A DNA stretch of 64,000 nucleotides from Kofleriaceae bacterium (GCA_965215005.1 CBDCCZ010000001.1:64001-128000); one strand, 5' to 3'. Positions 45,402 to 56,360 are shown, counted from the first letter of the stretch. The notes: generated from the letters alone by a model not told the origin. Translations and numbers: made by a program.

Positions 45402-45492
45402 GCCCAGGGTCGGACCGGTGCGGTTGGCGCTGCGTTGATTGACCAACCGCACCCTCGTGCGCCCGCGCAGGGCTCCGCGCTAAGCTGTCGGC

Positions 45493-48063
45493 GTGGGCAT
45501 CTCACGTCGCAGCCCGAAGTGGCAGGTTCCCAGCCGTGCGACCGGCGGTGTGGTGCCCTATATCGTTCTCGTCGTCAGTCTGACGGCGACGCTGTTGGTG
45601 GTTGTCGGCTTTCGTCATGCAGCCGACGAGCGCGACTTCAGCCGCTTCCGTGCCGCTGTGCAGAGCACGCGGTACCTAATCAAGAACCGAATCGATACCT
45701 ATAGCGCCGTGCTGCTGGCGACTCGCGGCATGCTCGAGACGCGCGAGCGAGTAAGCCGCCAGGAGTTTAGCGACTTCGTCGAGCGCCTAGAGCTCGCAAG
45801 ACTGTATCCCGGGCTTCAAGGCGTGGGGGTGACGAGGCGTGTCTCTGCTACCGAGCGAGAGGCTCTGGAACAGCAGATGCGCAGCGAGGGGCTCGAGGGA
45901 TTCGCCGTTTGGCCCCTTGATGACCGTTCTGAGCTATTCCCTATCACGTATATTGAGCCGCTAGACAGACGAAATCGAGCCGCCCTCGGCTACGACATGT
46001 CTACTGAGCCTGTTCGGCGAGAAGCGATGGCTCGGGCGCGCGACACCGGTTTACCCGCGGCGTCGGGGCCGGTGACCCTGGTGCAGGAAATCGACGGTGA
46101 CCTGCAGGCCGGATTTCTGATTTACGCGCCGTTGTACAGCGATGGTCCTGAGCCTACTACTGTGGCCGAGCGACGCGAGCGCCATGTTGGATTCGTCTAT
46201 AGTCCATTTCGCGTAGGAGACTTGCTAGCCGGCATCTTCGGTACAGAAAACCAGACGCGAGTAAGCTTTGCCATCTACGATCGAGTAGATGATGGCTCCG
46301 AACAGCTTCTATTTCAGTCCCCGCAGCGCTCGCCTGACCCGCAATTTCAGTACCGGCAGCCGCTCGAGGTAGGAGGACGAACGTGGAGCCTTTCCTTTGC
46401 TTCTCAGCCGGTCTTCGAGCAGGCGTCCGACGAAAGGCTACTGCCGTACATAAGCTGTGCTGGGTTTCTAGTCAGCCTCATGCTCTTTCTACTATCTCGT
46501 CGGCAAGTTCGTGCGCAGGAGAGCTTGCGGCTGCACGCGCGGGTGGTGGAAAGCATGGCAGAAGGCGTGAGCGTCTCGGATGAGCACGGCACCATCCTCT
46601 ACACGAATCCCGCAGAAGACGACATATTCGGCTACCAACGCGGAGAGCTGGTGGGCCAGTCGGTGATGGTGCAGAACAACTACTCTCCCGAAGAGAACCT
46701 GCGCGTCGTGGAGGAGGTCATGACAGTACTGCGTGAGCAGGGGAGCTGGAGCGGCGAATTCCTCAACGTCAAGAAGGACGGTACGCCGCTAGTCACCGCA
46801 GCCCGCATCAGCGCACTGGAGATCGGTGGCCGACCGCATTGGATTTGTGTGCAGGAAGACATCAGCGAGCGCAAGCGCGGGGAGCAAGAGCGAGCAGCTC
46901 TTTTGGAGCGCGAGCATCAAGCGCGTGCCGCTGCCGAGGCCGCGAGCCGGGCCAAGGACGAGTTCCTCGCTATGCTAGGGCATGAGCTGCGTAATCCACT
47001 TGCGCCCATCGTCACCGCTCTCCAGTTGATAGAGCTCAAGAGCGATGGTCAGCTCGATCGCGAGCATTTGGTGATAGAGCGCCAGGTGAGCCATTTGAGT
47101 CAACTCGTCGACGACCTGCTCGACGTATCGCGAATAACTCGCGGTCGCGTCGAGTTAGCTCGTCGCCCGCTGGACGTTCGTTCGGTGCTATCGCGGGCGA
47201 TCGAGATGGCCAGTCCGCTCGTCGAGCAGCGCGAGCACGAGCTGATAGTGGACGTGGCGGATGATGCGCTGCAGGTCGAAGGCGACGAGCTGCGGCTGGC
47301 GCAGGTATTCTCCAACCTGCTCACCAATGCTGCAAAGTACACTGAGCCGGGAGGTCGAATCCGAGTCCGTGCGAGGCGCGAAGGAGCAGAGATTTGCGTC
47401 GCTGTTCGAGACAGCGGGCTGGGCATTCCCGCTGAGTTACTGCCGCGCATCTTCGACCTCTTTACCCAAGGAGAGCGCACCATCGATCGCTCACAAGGCG
47501 GTCTCGGCATCGGGCTCACCCTGGTGAAACAACTCGTCGAAGCCCACGGAGGACGCATAGAAGCGCATAGTGACGGCCTCGGTGAAGGAAGCGAGTTCGT
47601 CGCGTGCTTACCAGCGCTCGAAGAAACTACCGCGCCCGCCGAGCCACCCCGCGCAGATGCCGCCGCAGCCGACCGCGGAGAGGGTCGTCGCATCCTCGTC
47701 GTCGATGACAACGAAGACGCCGCCGAGCTACTCGCGGAACTGTTCCGCGTCGCCGGTTACGATGTCCAGACTGCCCACGATGGCCCTAGCGCACTTGAAT
47801 TGGCGCTAGAGTTCAAGCCAGAGCTCGCCGTCCTCGACATTGGGTTGCCGGTCATGGATGGAATCGAGCTGGCGGCAAAGCTCAGGGAGCTGGGTCCGAT
47901 CGCGCTCATCGCGTTGTCGGGCTACGGGCAACCTGGCGATCGCGAGCGCACCAGCGCCGCCGGATTCGCCAGTCACTTCGTAAAGCCAGTCAACGCCAGC
48001 GTCCTCATCGCCGACCTCAGTACGCTGCTATCGACGCCTCCACCTCCCCCCGAGCCCGCCTAG
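45493..48063 (+). CDS. CHASE-PAS hybrid sensor histidine kinase
   Basis: YIEPLDRRNRAALGYDM..EPVRREAM (CHASE), PAS, AKDEFLAMLGHELRNPL, GGLGIGL, REC LVVDDN / LDIGLP. Confidence 0.94.
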   Translation: MGISRRSPKWQVPSRATGGVVPYIVLVVSLTATLLVVVGFRHAADERDFSRFRAAVQSTRYLIKNRIDTYSAVLLATRGMLETRERVSRQEFSDFVERLELARLYPGLQGVGVTRRVSATEREALEQQMRSEGLEGFAVWPLDDRSELFPITYIEPLDRRNRAALGYDMSTEPVRREAMARARDTGLPAASGPVTLVQEIDGDLQAGFLIYAPLYSDGPEPTTVAERRERHVGFVYSPFRVGDLLAGIFGTENQTRVSFAIYDRVDDGSEQLLFQSPQRSPDPQFQYRQPLEVGGRTWSLSFASQPVFEQASDERLLPYISCAGFLVSLMLFLLSRRQVRAQESLRLHARVVESMAEGVSVSDEHGTILYTNPAEDDIFGYQRGELVGQSVMVQNNYSPEENLRVVEEVMTVLREQGSWSGEFLNVKKDGTPLVTAARISALEIGGRPHWICVQEDISERKRGEQERAALLEREHQARAAAEAASRAKDEFLAMLGHELRNPLAPIVTALQLIELKSDGQLDREHLVIERQVSHLSQLVDDLLDVSRITRGRVELARRPLDVRSVLSRAIEMASPLVEQREHELIVDVADDALQVEGDELRLAQVFSNLLTNAAKYTEPGGRIRVRARREGAEICVAVRDSGLGIPAELLPRIFDLFTQGERTIDRSQGGLGIGLTLVKQLVEAHGGRIEAHSDGLGEGSEFVACLPALEETTAPAEPPRADAAAADRGEGRRILVVDDNEDAAELLAELFRVAGYDVQTAHDGPSALELALEFKPELAVLDIGLPVMDGIELAAKLRELGPIALIALSGYGQPGDRERTSAAGFASHFVKPVNASVLIADLSTLLSTPPPPPEPA

Positions 48064-48170
48064 CCCCTCAACTTCTACCGCCGCACCGCCGCTCGTGGCC
48101 CTCCACGGCGACGCCGCCACGCCGCGCGGGGCTTTCGCGCCGCCAAGGCTCATGCTAGGTTCTGCCTCCT

Positions 48171-48252
<82 letters not shown>

Positions 48253-48274
48253 CGCATATTCCCTGCGGTTGAGG

Positions 48275-48490
48275 CACGATGAGTCGGTACCCCGGGGGGG
48301 ATTGGCTCACGTTGATCTCGAGGTCGAGCGTATTTGCGAGGCCTTGGAGCTGCGTCTTATAGACGCGTGAGCGATAGCTGTTGCTGCCGTCTGCATCAGC
48401 GTCGATGAAGCTCTCTCGTGCGTTGGGATATCGCTTTGATGCCACTCTCACTTCCAACACGCCACAATTGATATCGGCGCGAGCCAGTCA
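48275..48490 (-). mobile_element. Degenerate ISAzo13-family transposase fragment
   Basis: RYPNARESFIDADADGSNSYRSRVYKTQLQGLANTLDLEINVSQSPPG resembles the ISAzo13 pattern RYP.A..LLITADGGGSNGYR.RLWK..LQ.LA..LGL.I.V.HFPPG; no intact gene or ends. Confidence 0.78.
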
Positions 48491-48680
48491 CCTCGAACGC
48501 GTTCCTTATGCAAAGACTCTAAAGGAGTTGCCTTCAACCGTGAAGCGGCAGCCATCGTGTGGTGTGGGTGGTATGCGTGCGATGGTGCAGCTTGAGCTAC
48601 CCGCGCGTTCACTGACGCGCGCTCGGGCTATCTCGAGATGTTCGCCGCTACCAAAACCGCGTTACCATGAACAGGGGGGC

Positions 48681-49958
48681 ATGAGGATTAGCTATCGCTA
48701 TCTAGTTTTGTCGCTGGTCGCAGCGCAGCTGGCCAGTCTGTCGGCAGCGGCGGAGGCATCGCCGCCGCCGTCACACGTGGTGGCCGAGGCCGAGCGTCGC
48801 AACGACCGTGCTTCGCTGCTATACCGCCAGGGGCGTTTTGAGGACGCCCTTCGCCTGTATCAAGCGGCCTATGATCTGAGCCCGGACCCGCGCTTCTTGT
48901 TCAACATTGGATTGGCTCGCGAGAAGGTCTTCGATTTCGAGCAATGCGCGCTGGCGTTCGAAGCGGTGATAGGGGACGAGCGCGTCACAGGAGAGGTTCG
49001 CGCTCAGGCCCGCGTGCGGCTGGCGTCCTGCCGGGACCGAGCGAAAATTGCGGTCCTGTTCACCTCGGCGCCGCCGAACGCCGCTGTGTCGATCGTCGAG
49101 GGTGACGATGCCCGCCTGGTGGGGCGCACGCCGATGACGCTCGAGCTGTCGCCTCGGAGCTATACGGTTCGAATGGAGCTCGACGGCTATCGCCCGCGCT
49201 CCGATGCGCTCGTCGTAGATCTCGGAACACGCCCGAAGGTCGACTTCGTGCTCGAAAAGCTGTCCTCGCTCCAGGTCGAGGTCGATCCTGCGGGTGCCAA
49301 GGTCAAGATCGGTGAACTGCCATGGGAGGCGGCCCCGATCAGGCGTGAGGTGGTCGCCGGTCTCTACACGGTCCGCGTGGAGCGCGCGGGATACGAGCCC
49401 GTATCGCGCGAGGTGCGGATCGCCGCGGGGCAAGAAGTATCTCTCGTGCTGCCGCTGCGCCACGTTATTCCCACGCGCAAGGTCGAGCTGCGGGCTGGTC
49501 GCCACCTCGGAGAGATGCACCTGCGTATCGACGGCGACCCGATACCGCTGCCGCGACCCGGCAATCTGCAACTGCGCGCCGGGCCGCATCGCGTCCAAGC
49601 GCGTGCGCCGGGACATCTTCCCCTCGACGCCGAGGTGGTGATTCCTCAGGAGCGGGACGTTGCGCTCGAGCTCACGCTCGCCGCGACGCGAACGCCGATA
49701 GAGCGCACGGCGCTGTGGACTGTTGCTGGTAGCGCGCTGGCCTTTGCCGGCGGGGGCGCGTACTTCGGAGGGCTGGCGCTCCGCGATCAGGCCGAGCTCG
49801 GACGCGCTCCTAGCCCGGCGCTTCGCGATCGAGGTGAGGACAGGGCCGCATATGCCGATTGGGCGTTTACGACGGCGGCAGTACTGGGAGGAGCAACCAT
49901 TGTCTACTACTTCATCACCAAACCCGGATCGTCGAGAGCGCAGGTCGCCTATGAGTAA
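48681..49958 (+). CDS. TPR + PEGA domain protein
   Basis: Signal peptide; LYRQGRFEDAL..YQAAY.L.P.P..LFNIG; three PEGA-like repeats; C-terminal hydrophobic hairpin. Confidence 0.85.
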   Translation: MRISYRYLVLSLVAAQLASLSAAAEASPPPSHVVAEAERRNDRASLLYRQGRFEDALRLYQAAYDLSPDPRFLFNIGLAREKVFDFEQCALAFEAVIGDERVTGEVRAQARVRLASCRDRAKIAVLFTSAPPNAAVSIVEGDDARLVGRTPMTLELSPRSYTVRMELDGYRPRSDALVVDLGTRPKVDFVLEKLSSLQVEVDPAGAKVKIGELPWEAAPIRREVVAGLYTVRVERAGYEPVSREVRIAAGQEVSLVLPLRHVIPTRKVELRAGRHLGEMHLRIDGDPIPLPRPGNLQLRAGPHRVQARAPGHLPLDAEVVIPQERDVALELTLAATRTPIERTALWTVAGSALAFAGGGAYFGGLALRDQAELGRAPSPALRDRGEDRAAYADWAFTTAAVLGGATIVYYFITKPGSSRAQVAYE

Positions 49959-50889
49959 TACCTTTCGTGCAGCGCTCGCTGCGATCGGCGGCCTTCTGGT
50001 CGCCGCGTGCGGCAGCGGTGGTGCTGCCGAGGCCGTGGACGCCGCCCCCTCGATCGACGCGTATACAGGGCTGTGTCCGATTCCTCCCGGTGCCCAGTTC
50101 GTCTTCCGCACCATGGAAATATCCGCTTACGAGGAGGGACGAGATCTCACCGGCGATGATGTGATCGATAACGAGTTGGGGAACCTTCCCTCGTTCGTGC
50201 GCGACGAGCTCGCGCGCTCCATCGATTTGGGAATATCCCGCGGCGAGATCATGATTGGCCTGCTGTTCGAGGGGTGGGAGCTGCCCGCACCGCCGCCCGC
50301 AGCGCTCACGGCGCACATTTTCATTTTACTCGATGCTGACTCCCCGCAGGACCCCAGTGACAACATCGGTGGTCACGGTCGGTTCGAGATCGATGCGTCG
50401 CGAAGCTTCGATCTGTCGTGCAACTCGCTCAATAGATTCTCTCTGGCAGTCTCCGATGATGGCGTCGCGGTCTCGCCGGAGACATCACTCACCTTCCCCC
50501 TCGGCGTGGGAGAGGGTGTTCTCGATTACCAGCGCGCCGTCTTCACGTTGGCACTCGACGCCACTGCGCAGCCGATGCCGGGCAAGTTCACGGCAATGGT
50601 CCCGATCTGCGCCGCCTCGAAAGTCATCTTCCCTGGCCTCGACGGCACTCTGCTGCAGAACCTCGCCGCCAACCCGCTGCTCGCGCCCTATGTCTCAATC
50701 GACATCGACCTCGACGACGACGGTCTGGAGCAGATTCTCGCCGATGAGGACGGGATCTCTGGCTGCGTTGACGGCGACAGCACCGCGTACGACCAAGCGG
50801 ATTGTCCGTGCTTGCCGATGATCGTCGACGGCTATTCGATGGCCCAGAGTTTCGATCTGGTGAGCGCAACCTTCGTAACCGTGCGGTGA
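49951..50889 (+). CDS. Hypothetical lipoprotein with DxDxDG-like Ca-binding motifs
   Basis: Lipobox VAAC; DLTGDDVIDN, DIDLDDDG; overlaps the upstream stop. Confidence 0.75.
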   Translation: MSNTFRAALAAIGGLLVAACGSGGAAEAVDAAPSIDAYTGLCPIPPGAQFVFRTMEISAYEEGRDLTGDDVIDNELGNLPSFVRDELARSIDLGISRGEIMIGLLFEGWELPAPPPAALTAHIFILLDADSPQDPSDNIGGHGRFEIDASRSFDLSCNSLNRFSLAVSDDGVAVSPETSLTFPLGVGEGVLDYQRAVFTLALDATAQPMPGKFTAMVPICAASKVIFPGLDGTLLQNLAANPLLAPYVSIDIDLDDDGLEQILADEDGISGCVDGDSTAYDQADCPCLPMIVDGYSMAQSFDLVSATFVTVR

Positions 50890-50938
50890 CGAACTCGCGC
50901 GCGGTGTGCAGAGCATTGATGACGATGGCAAGTGGGCG

Positions 50939-52762
50939 ATGAACCAGCCAGACGAACATGGCTGGACGCGGAGCGGCAGCCGCAGACTGCGACTGGGCGT
51001 GGTGGTTGCCGTCGCCCTGCTATCCGGCTCGTGCCAATGGCTGACCAACTTCGAGCTCGATCCGGAAGCCGAGCTCACGCAGGCGCTGTGCGAAGACGGG
51101 CGCGACAACGACTTCGACGGGTTCGTCGATTGTCAGGAATCCAGCTGCGCTCGCTTTTCGCGCTGCTGCGACATCCCCGAGGTTCTGCTCGAGGACGACT
51201 TCGACGGTCCGTCGTGCGCTGATGCCGAGTGCGCGGGGGCAACCTGTGGCGCCCTTGAGTGTGGACCCTCGGAGGAGCGCTGGGTCACGTGGCCGTGTCC
51301 GTTCCCGAAAGTGTGTGATGGAGCGCTACGCCTCGACAAGCAAGCGTGCTACGCGCAGGGTGTCCTCAGTAGGGAGCTGCTTCCGATTCGGCCCGGCCTG
51401 TCGGTTGAGGTCGATTTGCTGCATGCTCCCGAAGCGCGCGGATACCTCGAAGTCGCGCTTACCCTGCAGGGGCCGGACGAGTTCCAGGGAGCCCTCGACG
51501 AATGCAGCGCCTATCAATACGTGCGCGGGTTCGCGGCGTTACGCCAGGAGCGCCGCGATGACGGATATGAGCTGGTAGCAATCTTTCAGTCGACGGAGAT
51601 AGGTCGCTCATCGCCGGTAACGGATCCGGAGGTGCCCCACCGGGCAACCCTGCGGATCGACGTCGAGGGGAGGCTGTTCTTCGAGCTCGATGGTGCGCCC
51701 ATCGCCTCGGCGACCGTGCCGGTCCCGGAGGAGGGAAACGTGGCGGCACACCTGGCCATTTCCGGCCTAACCCAGACGGCGGCGGTGAGCCACGTGCGCG
51801 TCGAGGCAGGGTTGCGCTGCGAAGCGCCAGGCCAGTGGCAGCCGGCAGGGCAAACGATCGAGGAATCGGTTGCGCTCGCGCCTACAGGGTCGGATACGTT
51901 CGATGCTTCAGAGGTGTTTTATCCGAGCGTTGCGGCGACCCCCGCCGGCTACGAGCTCCTTTACTCCGGGTGTACGTGGACGCAAAACGACGATCGCTGC
52001 AGGGTTGCAGAGGTGGGGCTCGGGCGCGCGGTCGGACGCAGCGGTCGCGACTTTGATCGTCTGGCGAGCACACCGGCGTTGTCTGCGCGAGACGTGTTTC
52101 CGTCCTCAGCGTTTTACGAGCAGGATGTTTGGGCGGGCGAGCTTTCGCGCGACGGCGTGAAGACAGTCCTCGTTGGCGGACCAGGGATCCTCGGCAGCAT
52201 CGGGTTGGATCCTCCGCAGCTCACTGAAATTCTCGCCAAGTCCGGCTCTGGGTGGGACTACCGCATGTGTTGCCCAAGCGCCGCCGTCGGCTCCGACGGC
52301 AGCACGTACCTGTACTACGCGGGCCGGGGCCAAAACGACTCGCAGTCGGCTATTGGCCTCGCCACACTCGGCACCGACGGCAAGGCCGTGCGCCACCCTA
52401 GCAATCCCATTTTTCTCGGGAGCACGTCATTCGACGCGGCAGGCAGCGGCCATCCCTCAGTGTTGTACGATGTAGAGCGCCAGCTGTTTCGGATGTGGTA
52501 CGAGACCACCGACTTCTTCGGCCGCGTCGGCATCGGCTACGCGACCTCGGTGGATGGTATCGATTGGCAGCCGTTCGAGGGCAACCCGGTACTTCGCGCC
52601 GAGGATGTCGGACTGGTGAGTATGGGAGCGCCAAGCGTTCTCCTCACGCCCGATCGCCGCCTGTTGATGTGGGTCGACGGAACCACGTCGGATAACCCGC
52701 GCCGGCGAATCTTCATGCTCGAGAACGCGGGCACACGCATCGAGGATTTCCCGGACGAATGA
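50939..52762 (+). CDS. Lipoprotein with Cys-rich repeat and C-terminal glycosidase-like beta-propeller
   Basis: LSGSC lipobox; CEDGRDNDFDGFVDC; propeller motifs YLYYAG, IGLAT, HPSV, RMWY, IGYATSVDGIDW, NPVL. Confidence 0.72.
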   Translation: MNQPDEHGWTRSGSRRLRLGVVVAVALLSGSCQWLTNFELDPEAELTQALCEDGRDNDFDGFVDCQESSCARFSRCCDIPEVLLEDDFDGPSCADAECAGATCGALECGPSEERWVTWPCPFPKVCDGALRLDKQACYAQGVLSRELLPIRPGLSVEVDLLHAPEARGYLEVALTLQGPDEFQGALDECSAYQYVRGFAALRQERRDDGYELVAIFQSTEIGRSSPVTDPEVPHRATLRIDVEGRLFFELDGAPIASATVPVPEEGNVAAHLAISGLTQTAAVSHVRVEAGLRCEAPGQWQPAGQTIEESVALAPTGSDTFDASEVFYPSVAATPAGYELLYSGCTWTQNDDRCRVAEVGLGRAVGRSGRDFDRLASTPALSARDVFPSSAFYEQDVWAGELSRDGVKTVLVGGPGILGSIGLDPPQLTEILAKSGSGWDYRMCCPSAAVGSDGSTYLYYAGRGQNDSQSAIGLATLGTDGKAVRHPSNPIFLGSTSFDAAGSGHPSVLYDVERQLFRMWYETTDFFGRVGIGYATSVDGIDWQPFEGNPVLRAEDVGLVSMGAPSVLLTPDRRLLMWVDGTTSDNPRRRIFMLENAGTRIEDFPDE

Positions 52763-52783
52763 CCCGCAGGTGCCGCTCCACCC

Positions 52784-54427
52784 TCACAGAGGGCTGTCGG
52801 GGAGTCGGATCGGCGGCGGCTTCTTCCGCAGCCGCCGCAGCTCGAGCTTCAGCTCTCCGCTAGCGAGGGGCGTCAGCATGTGGACGAGCGGCGCATAGCC
52901 GGGTGCTGTCACTTCGACACGCACAGGAGTTCTTGATGTCGGGACACGGAGGGTCGAGGACTCGAGCGCGATGCCACCCACCTCCACAGTTGCGTTGGCG
53001 GGCACAGTGACGAGGTGAATGGTTGCGATCTCGAGCGCAGCATCGGCGTCGTCACGCGGTCCGGCGTCGACGGGCGTGGGTACCGGCGCGTTGCTGGCTG
53101 CAGGCGGCGTGGCGGCGATACCCGCGGGTGTCGCTGGTGCAATGTCGTATGCGGCCGACGTGGGCGCGCCGCTCGAGCTCCGGCTAGCCGGCCGCAGCAT
53201 CCACGCGACCAGCGCGACCGTAGCGATGCTCGCGGCGGCCAGTGCGAGCATCGCTCGCTTCGGAATGCGGCGGCGCTGCGACGCTACTATGGGCTTCGCT
53301 TGTTCGCCGGAGCTAGACGCTTCGCCTCGTCTCGCCGCGCCGGGCGCAGCGATCACGCCGGAGACCGCTGGCCCGCCGTGCAATAGCCGGGTCTCGACGC
53401 TAGCCGCGAGATCCTTTCGTCGCCGTACCGACGGCGAGGTCACCGGCGTAGAATCGTGCAGCTCGACCGACGACAGGGAGCGCGGCGTGATCTCCGCCGG
53501 GCGTGCAGCTCGCGCCGCAGCCGGGTCGAACGCCTCCAGGCACGACAGTACCTCCGCTGCGAGCTCGTCCATGGTTGGAAAACGTCGCTCCGGGTCGGGA
53601 TCGAGGGCTTGTAAAAGGAGCTGATCGAACGCCGCGGAGACCTCCCCCTCGATCCAGTGAGATGGCGGTGGTGGGAGTCCCGAAGACTTGTTCTGCAGCA
53701 GCTGAAACGGAGTCGACCCGGAATGAGGCGCGCGACCGGTGCTCATCTCGTAAAGGATGACGCCTAGTGCGTAGATATCGGCCCGCTGGTCGACGCGGGC
53801 GTCGTTGAGTGCCTGTTCCGGGGCCATGTAGCGTGGCGTGCCCACGAACTCGCCAGCGGCCGTGAGCGACAAGCTCTCCTCGGAGACCACCATCATCTTG
53901 GAGATTCCGAAATCCAGGACCTTGACGAAATCCGTCACGGGGCCGATGACGGTGAGGAGCACGTTGCCGGGCTTGAGATCTCTATGGACGATCCCGGCGC
54001 GATGGGTTGCGGCGAGGGCGTGCGCGATTCCCGCCGCGATCGACAGCGAGCGAGCTAACGAAAATGGCGCCTCCTCGGCGATCGCTTGCCTGAGGTCGAC
54101 ACCCTCGATGTACTCCATCACCATGAAGTGCGTATCGCCGTCGCGATCCACGTCGGTCACGTTGACGATGTTGGGATGGCCAATACGCGCGGCCGCGATC
54201 GCCTCCTGGATGAAGCGGACCAGCATGGCTGGGCGCTCGGCGACACTTGGCCGCAGAACCTTGACCGCCACCCGTTTGTCGAGGCGGAGATCTCGGGCCT
54301 CGAAGACGACTCCGAAGCCGCCTTGACCAATGGCGCGGGTCAGTCGGTAGCGGTCATTAAAGACGTCACCCTCGACGGCTTGCGTCGCCGATCCCGAGCT
54401 ACCTCGCCGTTCCCTACCGAGCGCCAC
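52784..54427 (-). CDS. Membrane Ser/Thr protein kinase with C-terminal PEGA-like domain
   Basis: GQGGFGVV, VAVK, HRDLKPGN, DFGISK, GTPRYMAPE, TM helix. Confidence 0.95.
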   Translation of the reverse strand: MALGRERRGSSGSATQAVEGDVFNDRYRLTRAIGQGGFGVVFEARDLRLDKRVAVKVLRPSVAERPAMLVRFIQEAIAAARIGHPNIVNVTDVDRDGDTHFMVMEYIEGVDLRQAIAEEAPFSLARSLSIAAGIAHALAATHRAGIVHRDLKPGNVLLTVIGPVTDFVKVLDFGISKMMVVSEESLSLTAAGEFVGTPRYMAPEQALNDARVDQRADIYALGVILYEMSTGRAPHSGSTPFQLLQNKSSGLPPPPSHWIEGEVSAAFDQLLLQALDPDPERRFPTMDELAAEVLSCLEAFDPAAARAARPAEITPRSLSSVELHDSTPVTSPSVRRRKDLAASVETRLLHGGPAVSGVIAAPGAARRGEASSSGEQAKPIVASQRRRIPKRAMLALAAASIATVALVAWMLRPASRSSSGAPTSAAYDIAPATPAGIAATPPAASNAPVPTPVDAGPRDDADAALEIATIHLVTVPANATVEVGGIALESSTLRVPTSRTPVRVEVTAPGYAPLVHMLTPLASGELKLELRRLRKKPPPIRLPDSPL

Positions 54428-54626
54428 GCCTTATCCATCATAACTCTTCTCCCTTCGCGCACGTGCCACAAATCGCTCGTAAGTACGAAGAGCGCGAGTA
54501 ACCATCAGACGTTCACCACGTACCTCCGTCGCAGACGAGGATGGGCAGATGCGTCTGTTGCCGGTGTGCCGGCTCGAGCTCACTCGATTCACTGGGCGGA
54601 GCAAGCGATGGCGAACATTTGCGCGA

Positions 54627-55661
54627 TCACGGATGCGAGTGGACGATGGTGCCGTGGGTGTGCTCGCGGCTGTTGCCGGAGGCGGCGGCTTCGAGGTGAT
54701 GGATGAAGGCTTGGGGGTGGCGTTTTGCCAAGGCTCGGAGCTCGGCTAGGGCGGTGGCGGCGATGGGTTTGGCTTCGGCGACTTTGCCTTGGCTGGTTAG
54801 GAGCTCGGCCAGGAGCACGCGCACGTCGGGGTCGGCGGTGGGCTCTGCGGCGCGAAGTAGCGCCGTTGCCTGCTCGAGCTGGCCGTCGGCTGCCTCGAGT
54901 CTTGCGAGTCGCTTGAGCGGAACGACGTAGCCGGGCAAGCGCTCGAGCGCTGCTTGGTAGTAGGCACGGGCGCGGCTCATGCGGCCGCGCGCTTCTTCGA
55001 TGCGGCCGAGCTGCGCGTAGGTCCAGGCGACTGGAAAGGGCGAGGTGCCGCGAAGGGTTGCGAGCGCCTGGCGATGGAGCGCGGCAGCTTCGCTGGTGTC
55101 GCCCGCGTCTTGCGCGATCATCGCGCGCGCGATGACGATAGCGTTGCGCGGGGCGGCGGCGAGGGCACGGCGCGCTTCTGCAGAGTGACCACTGGCGCGC
55201 AAGGCGCTGGCGCGCTCATGAGCGAGCATGGCCGCTGGGATGCCTGCTGCTTCTGCGCGCTCGTAATCGGCGAGGGCTTCCTCCCAAAGATGGAGGCGGG
55301 CCCGCGCGCGGCCGCGCGCAGCGATGATGGCTCCGGTGGCAGGGCTCGCTGCGACTGCGTCGTCGGCAATGGCCAATGCGCGGCCGTAGTCGTTCATCTC
55401 ACCAAAGAACTCAGCGCGGGTGAGAAGCAGATCGACGAGCTTGGCGGCGCCTGCAGGTCCGAGCCGCTCTTCCCTGAGTGCCCGGGTCATGCCGTCGATC
55501 TGGCCGTCGAGGTTGCGCCGCGCGAGCACGCCGGTGGTGCTGCGGGGCGCCGTCTCGACCTGCCAGCTTGCAGTTGCGAGCACCACTGGCGCCGCGGGCT
55601 CTGCTCGCGAATCACATCCGAGCAGCGTAAGCACCGCGACGCTCAGTAGGGCGAGCCGCAT
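54627..55661 (-). CDS. TPR lipoprotein associated with DUF4331 genes
   Basis: Lipobox LLGC; TPR-like helices; SPFPVAW. Confidence 0.78.
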   Translation of the reverse strand: MRLALLSVAVLTLLGCDSRAEPAAPVVLATASWQVETAPRSTTGVLARRNLDGQIDGMTRALREERLGPAGAAKLVDLLLTRAEFFGEMNDYGRALAIADDAVAASPATGAIIAARGRARARLHLWEEALADYERAEAAGIPAAMLAHERASALRASGHSAEARRALAAAPRNAIVIARAMIAQDAGDTSEAAALHRQALATLRGTSPFPVAWTYAQLGRIEEARGRMSRARAYYQAALERLPGYVVPLKRLARLEAADGQLEQATALLRAAEPTADPDVRVLLAELLTSQGKVAEAKPIAATALAELRALAKRHPQAFIHHLEAAASGNSREHTHGTIVHSHP

Positions 55662-55664
55662 GGG

Positions 55665-56360
55665 CTATTGCGGCGCTGCGAAGAACGGAAAGGTGTCCAT
55701 GAACTCAACGTCGTTGGCGACGATGCCATCGTCTGGGTCGTTCATTGGATCGATTCCGTAGCCGGCGCCAGAGAGCACGGCATAGCTGGTGCGGATCACG
55801 TCAGTGGTGGGCTTGCGGCCGCCGCAGTCATTGTTGGCAAGAGTGCCAGTGGCATTGGCTTCAACCGCCAGGTAGATACCGTCGCACGAGTCGGGCATGA
55901 CGTTTACCCAAAGGAGGTCGGTGGCGAGCACGCTGCCAAGCGGCGCGTATCGCGTGGGAGGAATGTTCCCGCCCATGGCCGGCATCGCCAACAGCTGATT
56001 GCCGCACGTGGTATCGAGCGCGTCGTAGATCGCAAGACTGCCGGCGATCGCCGGTGTGAACTCTGCGACCCATGTTGATGGATCACCATTCTGGTTGTAG
56101 GCGTTCTTGGTCTCGCCTTTGGCCATCATGTCGCCGGAGAAGGTGGCGATGAGCGCCGTGCTAACCGCTGGGCGTCCCATGCGGTCGAGCTGAGCGCCGA
56201 GCATGGGCATTGGAGGGCCGTCGTCCCCGCCCGCATCTGGCTGCGGGACACTGGCGTCGGGCACGCCATTGCCGCCGCTGTTGTCTTCATCGTCGCCGCA
56301 GCCCAATGGGGCAATGAGCGTAAGGGCCAAGAGGAGCTTCATTGTCGTTTGCGTTCTCAT
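55665..56360 (-). CDS. DUF4331 family lipoprotein
   Basis: PLGC lipobox; QLDRMGRPAVSTAL, GGRKPTTDVI, FPFFAAP. Confidence 0.85.
   Translation of the reverse strand: MRTQTTMKLLLALTLIAPLGCGDDEDNSGGNGVPDASVPQPDAGGDDGPPMPMLGAQLDRMGRPAVSTALIATFSGDMMAKGETKNAYNQNGDPSTWVAEFTPAIAGSLAIYDALDTTCGNQLLAMPAMGGNIPPTRYAPLGSVLATDLLWVNVMPDSCDGIYLAVEANATGTLANNDCGGRKPTTDVIRTSYAVLSGAGYGIDPMNDPDDGIVANDVEFMDTFPFFAAPQ

Noticed and set aside
48819..50114. 431-aa minus-strand ORF
   Set aside because: Antisense to the TPR-PEGA gene.
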